A stretch of DNA of 64,000 nucleotides from an uncultured Candidatus Bathyarchaeia archaeon (GCA_964535965.1 CAZHWZ010000005.1:37-64036), one strand, 5' to 3'; counted from the stretch's first letter, positions 9,900 to 19,250 are shown. Numbers and translations: made by a program. Notes: generated by a model not told the origin, from the letters alone.

Positions 9900-10397
9900 T
9901 TGAATAGACATTTTAGGGTGGACTGTTTGAACGTGGACTTACATCCCTATGTGGTGTTCCTTCCAACTGAACAAAAAAACAGAATGTTAAGCGCAATTTT
10001 TGGTTCAAAAGCAGCCGTTGACATTTTAGAATTTTCACTCAGCCAAGGAATTTCAAACAAAATTTATCAAAAAGACCTTGTAAGAAAACTTGACTACTCA
10101 AATAAGACAATCATTGAAAATTTAAAGTCTTTGACCAGGCTTGGAGTTTTGATAGAGGATATGGAAAGGATTGAGAAAGAAGGCCGGACGATGTGGGTTA
10201 AAGCCTATCAACTTTCAGACATAGGCAGGTGGTTTGCCTTATTGCTTGCTGAAGAAAAGGATTTGTCTGAAGGAGAGAAGGCGGAGATATTGCAAAACAT
10301 TTTCAGAAAATATATAAAGTGGGTGAAAGACCTATCAAAAAAGCTTAATGTAGACAAGAAAATGTTAGAAGAAATCTTCACTGAAGAAATGAAGTAG
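9900..10397 (+). CDS. winged-helix (ArsR/MarR-like) DNA-binding protein
   Basis: AAVDILEFSLSQG...YQKDLVRKLDYSNKTIIENLKSLTRLGVL fits an HTH plus wing. Divergent from NTase paralogue 3. A start further downstream (MLSAIFG, about 9984) is possible. Confidence 0.5.
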   Translation: MNRHFRVDCLNVDLHPYVVFLPTEQKNRMLSAIFGSKAAVDILEFSLSQGISNKIYQKDLVRKLDYSNKTIIENLKSLTRLGVLIEDMERIEKEGRTMWVKAYQLSDIGRWFALLLAEEKDLSEGEKAEILQNIFRKYIKWVKDLSKKLNVDKKMLEEIFTEEMK

Positions 10398-10410
10398 CAG
10401 AGGTGCAAAA

Positions 10411-10944
10411 TTGGAAGCAACTGTCATAGCGGTTGCCGGAAGCAGAGACTCAGGAAAAACAACCACAATAGAAATTCTAACGAGAGAGCTGACGAGAAGA
10501 GGCTACAAAGTCGCAGTGATGAAGCACGTTCCAGAACCAAACTTCACAATAGACACAGAAGGGAAAGACACTCGGAGATTCGCCAAATCAGGAGCAAAAA
10601 CAATCATAAGCGTGGCGTCCAACGAGATAGCCACAATAGAAAAAGTTAATGTAGAAAACCTTTCACTGAAAGAGATTTTGAAAAAATGCGACGGTAACGA
10701 CATAGTTTTTCTCGAAGGATTTAGAAAACTCGTAGGCAAGATGAAGGATGTACCAAAGATTGTTGCTGTAAAATCAAAAGAAGAGGCTTCAGAAGCCCTA
10801 ACGGCTTTTAAACCTATTTTGGCTTTCACCGGACCATATTCAACCAAAAACCTGAATTTAAGAGTTCCATACGTGGATGTGCTCCAAAATCCGGAAAAAA
10901 TTGCTGATATTGCTGAGAAAACAGTCAGAAAAAGTTTTCCATAA
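10411..10944 (+). CDS. mobB: molybdopterin-guanine dinucleotide biosynthesis adapter protein MobB
   Basis: VIAVAGSRDSGKTTTIEILTRELTRRGYKVAVMKH is the MobB P-loop signature. TTG start. Confidence 0.8.
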   Translation: MEATVIAVAGSRDSGKTTTIEILTRELTRRGYKVAVMKHVPEPNFTIDTEGKDTRRFAKSGAKTIISVASNEIATIEKVNVENLSLKEILKKCDGNDIVFLEGFRKLVGKMKDVPKIVAVKSKEEASEALTAFKPILAFTGPYSTKNLNLRVPYVDVLQNPEKIADIAEKTVRKSFP

Positions 10945-10964
10945 CTTGTGTTTTTGGGTTGTGG

Positions 10965-11029
10965 GGTTTGGAGAATTTGCTAATGGGGAGAAAGGAGAGT
11001 TTTTAAAAAGAACAATTATTCTCCAAACC
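10965..11029. terminator. 12-bp perfect inverted repeat between convergent mobB and cdvC
   Basis: GGTTTGGAGAAT (10965-10976) and ATTCTCCAAACC (11018-11029) are separated by 41 nt, with T-rich tracts nearby. Possibly a bidirectional terminator. Confidence 0.35.
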
Positions 11030-11069
11030 TTTCCACCCAAAGTTTTAAAGTTTTTTGCATCTCCTCCTC

Positions 11070-12251
11070 TTAAAGAGCCTTAAAGGCTTCAAACCATCTA
11101 TTGTACAAAGCCAGCATGTCGAGGGAAACACTCGGTTTTCTCTCTTCAAGTATTTGTCTAAAGTCGTCCATTCTTAGAGACCTCGGCTTGGCTAGCTTGT
11201 TGGTTGCTTGACCAGATTCGAAGAATTCACCTACAAGCTTCAGGTGTGCTGACTGGCAAACATCCCTTATGTCGCTTCCTGAAAATCCCTCTGAGAGTCT
11301 AGCTAACTCGTGCAGGTCAACGTCGGGAGCAAGCTGAAGATTGCTTGTATAGAGTTTGAACATCATCAAGCGTGTATGATGGTCCGGGAGCGGCACCAAA
11401 ATTCTCTTCTGAAACCTTCTAATAAAGGGCCAGTCCAAGTCCCACGGCTTATTTGTCGCTCCAATAACGTAGACATGAAGATCTTTACCCTTATCTATAA
11501 TGCCGTCCATCTCCTTCAAGAATTGATTTCGAACACGAACTTCTCCGCCGACCTCGTTTGAATGTTTTCCCATGAGAGAGTCCAACTCATCAATGAAAAC
11601 TATGGCTGGTTTCCCTTCGGTAGCTGACTTTCTGGCTGAACCAAAAAGTTTGGCAACATTCTGTTCAGCTTCACCCAACCATTTAGACATTATCGAGGCT
11701 GCATCAACCGAGATGAAAGTCGCATCTATTTCTGTTGCGACTGCTGCAGCGAGTAGCGTTTTCCCACAGCCTGGCGGTCCGAATAGGAGAATTCCCCTTG
11801 GCCATCCTAAGGGAAATAGATCAGGTCTTTGAACTGGATAGACTATGGCTTCTTTTACTGCTTTTTTGGCAGGTTCGAGTCCCACAACTTCATTCCATTT
11901 TACGTCTGGCTTCTCGGTAACTATTAATTCCTCGTAGCTTGATTTTCCGCCTTCTGTACCTTTTGCACCTTCAATGTCTCTGGCTTCGTATCGTGTTTCA
12001 ACAGGTCCCACTGCCCCTTGTAACACCTTTATTCTTTCTTGATAGGCTATTGCCCTTTGTATGTAAACTTTATTTAGGCTATACTCTGGATATAGTTGGA
12101 CAAGTTTAAGCAGGCTTTCTATTGCCTTTTGATACATCGTTATCGCCATGCCTCTTGCTCCTTGCTTGTCGAGGCGAACAGCTTCTAATGCATAGTTGGT
12201 TGCGGCTTTCTCAAGCTCTTGGGAAGCACTCATAAGCCTTCTCCCTCTCAT
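11070..12251 (-). CDS. cdvC: Vps4-like AAA+ ATPase CdvC with N-terminal MIT domain
   Basis: MIT-like helices (AITMYQKAIESLLKLVQLYPE), Walker A GPPGCGKT, Walker B IVFIDELD and an AAA second region of homology. The likely true start is the second ATG at 12233 (MSASQ..), which has GAGGG/GGGAG upstream. Confidence 0.9.
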   Translation of the reverse strand: MRGRRLMSASQELEKAATNYALEAVRLDKQGARGMAITMYQKAIESLLKLVQLYPEYSLNKVYIQRAIAYQERIKVLQGAVGPVETRYEARDIEGAKGTEGGKSSYEELIVTEKPDVKWNEVVGLEPAKKAVKEAIVYPVQRPDLFPLGWPRGILLFGPPGCGKTLLAAAVATEIDATFISVDAASIMSKWLGEAEQNVAKLFGSARKSATEGKPAIVFIDELDSLMGKHSNEVGGEVRVRNQFLKEMDGIIDKGKDLHVYVIGATNKPWDLDWPFIRRFQKRILVPLPDHHTRLMMFKLYTSNLQLAPDVDLHELARLSEGFSGSDIRDVCQSAHLKLVGEFFESGQATNKLAKPRSLRMDDFRQILEERKPSVSLDMLALYNRWFEAFKAL

Positions 12252-13147
12252 CCCTCAGACTTTAACTCAATCTTTATTTTCCCTTTCGCCCCTAAACTTT
12301 CAAGGGCTTTCTCAATCTCCTCGTACGAGGTTTTCAAATCATCAGAACAACGCGCTATATCGATTTCTCCATTACTTTTCTTAACATACTCGAGAAGAAT
12401 ATCTTCTAACGATGGATTTTCAACCTTTAAGGAGATTTCCTGAATCTCAGCTTTTTTGTAAGAAAAGAGGGTTTGGGAAGAATCTCTATTGGATTCCTCG
12501 ACTGTCTCGCGACCAATTGCATGCGAACAGTTGGCTGTTAAAGCAACCATCTCTTTTAATGCAGTTTGTTCAGCTTCGGGAGTTTTTAAGGTGGCGGGCG
12601 GTTCAGGAAGCCTTTCAGCAAGTTTTTGTTCAAGGAAGCTTGAGACTTCCTTTAATATCTCCTCGCCTCCAGGCGTTTTCCTGTTCACTGGTATTATTGT
12701 CTCATCCGTAGTTATCCTAGTTGAATAGAGTGTTTCGCTTATTGTTTCGTTAACTTTGTTCAGTTCAGAGGAAACATCTGGTAGGACTTCAAATAGCTGT
12801 TGCGAAACGCTTTGAAGAAGCTTTAAAGCGGGTTTGAGGTCGATGACTATGTCACTTAATTCTTTTATTGTTTCAAGTCTAATAATCACGCGTTCGATGG
12901 CTAGTTCTACATTGTAGAGAAATTTTATTAGCCTTCGAACCTCTGCAATTTCATTTGCGCAGATTGCCGCTCTTTCCCTATTCTTATTCTTTAAGGCACC
13001 TATGCATGTTTGAAAAAGGATTCTGTCTCTTTCTTTAAGTCTGAAACTCGCTTGGTCAAGTTTGTTGCGCTGAATTTTTAGCGTTTGTATTGACTTGGCA
13101 ACTATTTCACGAAGTGGTGGAGGGTTTGAACGAATGAAACCCTTGAT
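12248..13147 (-). CDS. cdvB: ESCRT-III (Snf7-family) protein CdvB with C-terminal winged-helix-like domain; proposed non-canonical ATC start
   Basis: The listed ORF (12248..12889, GTG) lacks the N-terminal half of the ESCRT-III core. The same frame is open up to the TAG at 13166-13168. It encodes IKGFIRSNPPPLREIVAKSIQTLKIQRNKLDQASFRLKERDRILFQTCIGALKNKNRERAAICANEIAEVRRLIKFLYNVELAIERV, which is collinear with residues about 23-110 of the paralogue at 13943..14614. GGAGG lies 8 nt upstream of ATC 13147-13145. Confidence 0.65.
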   Translation of the reverse strand: MKGFIRSNPPPLREIVAKSIQTLKIQRNKLDQASFRLKERDRILFQTCIGALKNKNRERAAICANEIAEVRRLIKFLYNVELAIERVIIRLETIKELSDIVIDLKPALKLLQSVSQQLFEVLPDVSSELNKVNETISETLYSTRITTDETIIPVNRKTPGGEEILKEVSSFLEQKLAERLPEPPATLKTPEAEQTALKEMVALTANCSHAIGRETVEESNRDSSQTLFSYKKAEIQEISLKVENPSLEDILLEYVKKSNGEIDIARCSDDLKTSYEEIEKALESLGAKGKIKIELKSEG

Positions 13148-13183
13148 GTTTTTTCCCTCCGCCCGCTACCTTTTTGTCGCAGG

Positions 13184-13924
13184 TTATACACCGGATTTTC
13201 CGACTTCCTTAACATACACGACTACAGGGGGTTCTGGAAGTTCGGGACCTGTGGAAGTTGGAGTAAACTCTTTCGAGGCTTCTTCCTTTACTTTACTTTT
13301 CTCTTGTTCCGCCGTTTTTGGTTTTTCACCTAATAAAATGTTTGAAAGTTTGTTTTTTGTGAGTTCTAAATCGCTTTTCTCCATGTTGACTCGTTTGAGG
13401 TTTTCTTGGATTGCTGCAAAGGCTGTTTTATAAGATTGTTCGTCGATTTTTCCTATCTCATGTTCTATTTCAAGATGCACTAGAGCATAGTTTAGCTCTC
13501 TTGTTTCCTTAAAGCATCTGGCAATTTCCTTATCTATTTCTTCTATGAGAGTTTGAGCCTCGCTTTTGAGTTGAGTTAATACTCCATCAAAATTGTTATG
13601 CAGCTCTTCGTAAAGTTCCTGCGAGATCTTTTTCTTTTCGGCTAACTCCTTAAGGGCTTGGTCTTTGCGCCATATAAGTGGGATTTGATCACAGAAAACG
13701 CTTGTTTCTGATTTTATTCTAGAGACAAATGTTGCATCGGCACCATCGAATTTTAGGTGCTCCGTGGAGTGTTTTAAGAATTTTCCGTCACTTTGTTCGA
13801 TAAAGACGGCGTCAAATTTTCCGCTCGGGGTCAGGGCAAAAGATGCTATCTTGCCCACTACACGTCCATATTCGTCCTTAACTTGCTTTCCAATTGAAAG
13901 AAAAAGGTTGGGGTTTTGCGACAT
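13184..13924 (-). CDS. cdvA: CdvA (PRC-barrel plus coiled coil plus C-terminal ESCRT-III-binding tail)
   Basis: N-terminal IGKQVKDEYGRVVGKIASF (PRC-barrel-like), a central heptad-rich region and a C-terminal PELPEPPVVVYVKE tail like the CdvB-binding peptide. Sits between two ESCRT-III genes. Confidence 0.8.
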   Translation of the reverse strand: MSQNPNLFLSIGKQVKDEYGRVVGKIASFALTPSGKFDAVFIEQSDGKFLKHSTEHLKFDGADATFVSRIKSETSVFCDQIPLIWRKDQALKELAEKKKISQELYEELHNNFDGVLTQLKSEAQTLIEEIDKEIARCFKETRELNYALVHLEIEHEIGKIDEQSYKTAFAAIQENLKRVNMEKSDLELTKNKLSNILLGEKPKTAEQEKSKVKEEASKEFTPTSTGPELPEPPVVVYVKEVGKSGV

Positions 13925-13942
13925 GTGTTTTCTCCCTCACTT

Positions 13943-14614
13943 TTACGAGGTTTCTGTTGATGTTTTCTCGCCTAGCGAAGTTGTTGGGATTCCTGGAATT
14001 CCTGGCGGTAGTTCTGGGAACTTTTCCTTAATTCTCTGTTCCGCAACGGTTGCTGCCTCTGTGAGAATTTTCTGCGCGTCTTCGTTTACCGTGTCAAAGT
14101 TTAGCGTCATTCCTGAGCTTTGTCCGGCTTCAATCATTATACCGCTTAATATGTTGCCTATTTCCCCAAGCTCGCTTTCCGCTTCAGGGAAAACGCTTAC
14201 AAGCCCAGCTCTCACCGATCTTAAAACGCCAACTGCTGGTCCTAATGTAGACACTACATCTCCAAGTTCTGATACGGTTCGTAACCTTAATACGATCTGT
14301 TCAAGGGCAAGTCTTGCGTTTATAATAAGTCTTTCCATTTTGCGTATTTCTGCTAGTTCGCTGGCGAAAACGTTCGCTCGCGCAGTGTCGTGTTTGGTGT
14401 ATGCGTCAACTATCCTTGCAAATATTGTTTTGTCTCTTTGGCTGAACCTTTCCGTTGCCTGGTCCAGTTTTTGAACTTGTAGTTCTATGCGCCTAACGGC
14501 AAAATCTAGACGAGGCTTTAACGGTCCTGGTGGTCTAACAGCCCCCTTTATGCGGCTTGTGAATGGTGGCTCCTCTCTTCTACTTTCCCATTTTCTGCCA
14601 AATCTTTCCGACAA
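13943..14614 (-). CDS. ESCRT-III (Snf7-family) paralogue (CdvB1/2-like, no wH domain)
   Basis: 223 aa, helical, collinear with CdvB over the core (LQVQKLDQATERFSQRDKTIFARIV..ELAEIRKMERLI..). TTG start. Confidence 0.75.
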   Translation of the reverse strand: MSERFGRKWESRREEPPFTSRIKGAVRPPGPLKPRLDFAVRRIELQVQKLDQATERFSQRDKTIFARIVDAYTKHDTARANVFASELAEIRKMERLIINARLALEQIVLRLRTVSELGDVVSTLGPAVGVLRSVRAGLVSVFPEAESELGEIGNILSGIMIEAGQSSGMTLNFDTVNEDAQKILTEAATVAEQRIKEKFPELPPGIPGIPTTSLGEKTSTETS

Positions 14615-14832
14615 ATTAATACCTCCGAAAACAAGAGTCGCATAAAATAATCTTATACATTGTTAATATGTTGAAAATATGTAGGTATATACGTAGAGCT
14701 ATATGTGCTGGCGAAAGCGGTTTTAGGCTTTAATTTTCCAATTAAAAGATAATGTTGCTGGTTTTGAGATAATAGACAAAAATATGTAAGTTAGACTAAA
14801 AAGAGGCTTAGAATTCAAATGCTAAGCAAAAG

Positions 14833-15060
14833 GTGATTGAAATGGGTGAAAGGTTTAAGGTCTTCGGACTAGTAGCGCTATTGGGGTTCATGGCGGGAAT
14901 CATAGCCCAGCTGACAGCTGACTATATAATTCCGGCACTTCTAACAATTCTGCCACAGCTTGTTCAAATAAGATTCCTAGTTTCAGGATTCGCTGGAGCC
15001 TGTCTAACAGTTGTCTTAGTAAGCATTTGGGCCTATGTTACCGGGTCCGCAGAAAGATAG
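14833..15060 (+). CDS. small two-TM membrane protein
   Basis: 75 aa with two hydrophobic helices. No recognisable family. Confidence 0.4.
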   Translation: MIEMGERFKVFGLVALLGFMAGIIAQLTADYIIPALLTILPQLVQIRFLVSGFAGACLTVVLVSIWAYVTGSAER

Positions 15061-15301
15061 CAAATCCTTCTCTCCTTTCTCTATCCACGAAATCTTAGTT
15101 CTGATGCTCTACTTGGACTCGGTAGCGGAAAAAGCAATCATCCTTTCCTGTCATTGTACCTCGATTACCTCATCGTCCAATTATATAGATAGTCGTCCAA
15201 ACTATTTATGTTTACGGAAAACCTTGGCTTATCCACCTAAAGAGTTTTTATGTGAAATCAATAAAAACTTAATTTCAAATAGTAGAAAGGAAACGACACA
15301 A

Positions 15302-16096
15302 ATGTGCGGCATATTCGGTTTTGCATTGAAAAAGCCTATACCCATGGTTAAGGTTTTCAAGGTCCTCGAAAAGCTGGAAGTTCATCAATATCCACAAGAA
15401 CCAAGACCAGTTGGGGGCTATGGTGCAGGCATAGCTGTTCTTGAAGACGGAAGAAGCGTTATGTTAGAAAAGATTGGGAAGGTTGATGCTTCTCCTGCAA
15501 GACGCTTGTCTAAAACTGTTGATATCAGTGAAGCATCCGTTTTAATTGGACATGTGCGGATGCCGAGTCCACAGTTCATGGAAACTGCAAGGTTCAAGGA
15601 GACAGCCCAACCCTATGTTGCGAAATGCTATAGAGGCTTGACAGTGGTTTCAGCTCACAACGGCAGTGTAACAAATTATAAAGAAATTAGAGAGAAGTTG
15701 GATAAATCACACATTTTCGAATCTGAAAGAGTTGAGCTTATTGATTCAGAGGTTATTCCACACAGTTTCGAAGAATTGCTAAAGGAAAAAGCTGAGGCTG
15801 AGGAGGCTTTAGATGTTCTTTTCTCGGCGTTAGGAGGTTCAAACACGGTGAGCCTGCTGCAAATGAGAGAAAAAAACACATTTTTACATTTTATTCATAA
15901 AGGAAAAACTAGGGGATTGACGATTTGGGCGAATAAGCAAAATGAAGTTATTTTTTCTTCGAGAAAAGAACCGCTAATTGAAGAGTTTCGTGATATACTT
16001 GCCCGAGGCAAATTTGAGGAGAAAGCTTCTATTCCATACCATGAAGACGTGAGCTTAAAGCTCTCTTTTCCGTTGAATTTCTGGGTAAAAAGATAA
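15302..16096 (+). CDS. class-II (Ntn-type) glutamine amidotransferase domain protein
   Basis: MCGIFGF at an internal ATG (15302). Ntn amidotransferases need Cys as residue 2, so the 89-codon upstream extension of the listed ORF is rejected. Confidence 0.7.
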   Translation: MCGIFGFALKKPIPMVKVFKVLEKLEVHQYPQEPRPVGGYGAGIAVLEDGRSVMLEKIGKVDASPARRLSKTVDISEASVLIGHVRMPSPQFMETARFKETAQPYVAKCYRGLTVVSAHNGSVTNYKEIREKLDKSHIFESERVELIDSEVIPHSFEELLKEKAEAEEALDVLFSALGGSNTVSLLQMREKNTFLHFIHKGKTRGLTIWANKQNEVIFSSRKEPLIEEFRDILARGKFEEKASIPYHEDVSLKLSFPLNFWVKR

Positions 16097-16104
16097 AACT
16101 TCCT

Positions 16105-19044
16105 TTGACAGTAGTGTTCTTGGCATGCTCAACAATGCGCAGGAAATCTTCAAACTCTGATGCTTTCAATTTACTTGCAAAACCTATTCGTGATGCTTTA
16201 GCCGAATTGGGCTTTTCTGAGCCGACTTTGCCTCAGATATTGGCTATTCCGCCCATTTTAGCTGGAGAAAACGTGCTTTTGATTGCGCCTACTGGAAGTG
16301 GGAAAACAGAGGCTGTTCTTCTTCCAATTTTTTCCAAAATGGTTCAACAAAAGCCGGAAAGAGGCATAGTAATAGTTTACATTACACCATTAAGGGCTTT
16401 GAACCGTGACCTGTTAAAGCGTTTAACTTTTTGGGCTAACCACCTCGGCGTCTCAGTTGAAGTCAGACACGGCGATACTGAGTTAAAACTACGCAGGAAA
16501 CAAGCCATCTCTCCGCCCCATATGCTTGTGACGACGCCGGAAACGCTTCAAGCTATTCTTCCAGGTTCGCGAATGAGACAGCACCTAAGTCATGTTGGAT
16601 ATGTTGTTGTAGATGAGGTGCATGAGTTAGCGTCAAGCAAGCGAGGTGTCCAGCTTTCAATAGCTTTGGAACGCCTTCGCGAGGTTGTTGGAAAGGACTT
16701 TCAAAGAGCAGGCTTGTCGGCTACTGTTGGCAATCCGAAAGAGGTTGCGCAGTTCATCGCTGGAACGGGTAGAGGCATTAGCGTAGTTCAAGCTTCGCTT
16801 TCTAAGGGCTATAGGTACCATGTGGAAAATCCGATTCCAACAGATGTCGATTATGAGTTGGCCGGAAAGCTCGTAACTTCTCCAGAGGCAGCGGCTAGGA
16901 TAAGGCGGTTAACTGAGCTTGTTGACAGCCACAAGTCGACTTTGGTTTTTGTGAATAGCAGAACAGTCGCGGAGATGCTGGGTCACAAGTTTAATCAATT
17001 AGGGCGAAGCGATATAGCGGTTCATCACGGCTCTTTATCTAAGGAAGAGCGGGTTCAGATTGAGGACGAGTTTAAGGCTGGAGTTCTGAAGGCGATAATT
17101 TGCACGAGCACTTTGGAGCTCGGCATAGACATAGGCAATGTGGACCTAGTCATCCAATACCTTTCGCCTAGACAGGTCAGTAGCCTAATCCAGAGAGTTG
17201 GACGCAGCGGACACCGCTTAGACATGCTTTCGGAAGGTGTCATTGTCTCGGCTTTTCCAGACGATACGCTTGAGTCGATTGCTGCTGTGCGAGACGCTTA
17301 TGGAAACAGGGTTGAGCCGGTTTTGATTCATGAAAATGCTTTGGATGTTTTGGCGCATCAGGTTGTCGGAATTCTCATTGATAGGGGAAATGTAAGCGTA
17401 GAAGAGCTTTTAGCTATTGTGCGGAGAGCCTATCCCTATCGGCGTCTTAGGAAGAGCACGCTTTTGGATGTGATAGACTTTTTAGACAGCCTTGATGAAT
17501 TAAGAGTTGATGAAGAAGGAAGAGTTTTGAGGAAGGCGCGGAAAACCAGAGGCTATTACTATGAGAATTTATCAATGATTCCGGACGAGAGGCGCTATCC
17601 AATAATAAATGTGCTTTCCGATAGAAAAATTGGCACTTTAGGCGACGAGTTCATGGCTTTAAGAGCGCGTGTTGGCTTAAACTTCATTGTTAGAGGAAGG
17701 GTTTGGCGCATAGTCCAGATAGAAGAGGAAACTGGAACGGTTTACGTTGTTCCTTCGGAAGACCAGTTTGCAGCGATTCCTGGATGGGACGGAGAAATGC
17801 TTCCAGTGCCATTTGATTTGGCTCAGGAAACTGGTAGGCTACGAGAAGAAATCGGAAAAATGTTGAAGGAAACGGGGAAAGCTGAGGCTGCAGCGGAGAG
17901 GCTTGCAGATAAGCTTTCAATGGATAAGGCTGCCTTTTTTGAAGCTATACGGGAAGTTGAAGAGCATTTGAAGCAAGGTGCGCCTTTGCCAACACATAAC
18001 CATATCCTCATTGAAGCCTTCGACAAATACTTGATAATTCACGCGTGTGTTGGTGAAATAGTTAATCGCACCTTAGGCGGCATCTTCGACTCAATACTTT
18101 CAGACAAGGAAATTATTGTTGGCTGGTGGAATGACGGCTACCGCATACTGATCGAAACGCCGCGAAACCTGACGCAGCAAGAAGTAGAAAAAATGCCCAC
18201 CGTCCTCTTTAATCTGACCGATGAAGCGGTTGACAATGCCTTTAACGATTATTTAGAGGCTAGATTTCCGTTTTCTTACAAAATGAAGTTTGTTGCTGAA
18301 AGATTTGGAGCCTTACCTCGTGGAAAAACGATGGGACCTGAGAGGCAAGGTCAGCTGCCAGCGCAGTTTAGGGGAACGCCGATTTATGATGAGACTTTGC
18401 GTGAGGCGATGCTGGAGAAGGTGGATGTTGAAAAGGTTAAGGAGATTGTGCGCGGTGTTAGAGATGGGAAGGTGAAGGTTAGCACTTTGTATCGTTCTGA
18501 AAAGCCTACTCCCCTAGCTTTTCACATTCTTGCGAAGTATTCTGATGTTTCAGAGCTGATGGCTCCTGAAAGAGTCTTGCTAAGCAACATAGACAAAATG
18601 AAGAAGGCAATAGAAGCGAGAACAGCAACGCTGCTTTGCATGGCGTGCGGCGAATGGACTGATGAGAAGAAAGTTAGAAGTTTGCCAGAGAACCCCTCAT
18701 GCGAGAAATGCGAATCAAAGCTTTTGGCACTCTTATATCCGAGCCAAGATGCAAAGCGTTTAAGCGAAATTTTGAAGAAAAGACGCGAAGACAAAGAAGT
18801 GACGGAAGAAGAGCTTAAGGAGTTAACCAATGCAAGACGCTCAGCCGACTTAATATTGAGTTACGGCAAGAAAGCAATAATAGCGTTAGAAGTTAAAGGT
18901 GTAGGTCCAGAAACCGCCTTCAGAATTCTCGGAAAAATGCACCCTAAAGAAGAGGAGTTTTACATGGACCTTTTGAAGGCAAAGATTCAGTATTTACGAA
19001 CAAGAGAATACTGGGAAAACAAAGAAGACCGCTTACGAGCCTAG
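16105..19044 (+). CDS. lhr: Lhr-type large ATP-dependent helicase (superfamily 2, DEVH)
   Basis: APTGSGKTEA (motif I), DEVHEL (motif II), SAT, and HHGSLSKEER..TSTLELGIDIG..QRVGRSGH. Long C-terminal extension with Cys pairs CMACGEW..CEKCES. The start may be the ATG at 16135. Confidence 0.85.
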   Translation: MTVVFLACSTMRRKSSNSDAFNLLAKPIRDALAELGFSEPTLPQILAIPPILAGENVLLIAPTGSGKTEAVLLPIFSKMVQQKPERGIVIVYITPLRALNRDLLKRLTFWANHLGVSVEVRHGDTELKLRRKQAISPPHMLVTTPETLQAILPGSRMRQHLSHVGYVVVDEVHELASSKRGVQLSIALERLREVVGKDFQRAGLSATVGNPKEVAQFIAGTGRGISVVQASLSKGYRYHVENPIPTDVDYELAGKLVTSPEAAARIRRLTELVDSHKSTLVFVNSRTVAEMLGHKFNQLGRSDIAVHHGSLSKEERVQIEDEFKAGVLKAIICTSTLELGIDIGNVDLVIQYLSPRQVSSLIQRVGRSGHRLDMLSEGVIVSAFPDDTLESIAAVRDAYGNRVEPVLIHENALDVLAHQVVGILIDRGNVSVEELLAIVRRAYPYRRLRKSTLLDVIDFLDSLDELRVDEEGRVLRKARKTRGYYYENLSMIPDERRYPIINVLSDRKIGTLGDEFMALRARVGLNFIVRGRVWRIVQIEEETGTVYVVPSEDQFAAIPGWDGEMLPVPFDLAQETGRLREEIGKMLKETGKAEAAAERLADKLSMDKAAFFEAIREVEEHLKQGAPLPTHNHILIEAFDKYLIIHACVGEIVNRTLGGIFDSILSDKEIIVGWWNDGYRILIETPRNLTQQEVEKMPTVLFNLTDEAVDNAFNDYLEARFPFSYKMKFVAERFGALPRGKTMGPERQGQLPAQFRGTPIYDETLREAMLEKVDVEKVKEIVRGVRDGKVKVSTLYRSEKPTPLAFHILAKYSDVSELMAPERVLLSNIDKMKKAIEARTATLLCMACGEWTDEKKVRSLPENPSCEKCESKLLALLYPSQDAKRLSEILKKRREDKEVTEEELKELTNARRSADLILSYGKKAIIALEVKGVGPETAFRILGKMHPKEEEFYMDLLKAKIQYLRTREYWENKEDRLRA

Positions 19045-19250
19045 AGTTCCGACACGCCCTATAAGCATGGTAATCAACATCACATACGCTATGAGTCAGC
19101 CCTGTCTTTGTTTGTCTACCCTTCTCAGCATCACAGATTTTTGAAATCATTGCCCTCATCGCTATAGCTCAGAGCATTTGGATCTATAATGCCAAGTTTT
19201 AGAACGCATAATTCTAAATTTCAGAACAGATTTACTTAACTGGGATAAGC

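Noticed and set aside
13166-13186. Stop-codon read-through producing a CdvA-CdvB fusion (both genes are in the same frame)
   Set aside because: Two different stop codons (TAA and TAG) only 15 nt apart would both have to be suppressed. A GGAGG plus ATC downstream gives a simpler explanation.
15035-15301. 89-codon N-terminal extension of the glutamine amidotransferase ORF
   Set aside because: Ntn-type amidotransferases require Cys directly after the initiator Met (MCGIFGF). The extension has no motif and overlaps the preceding small gene.
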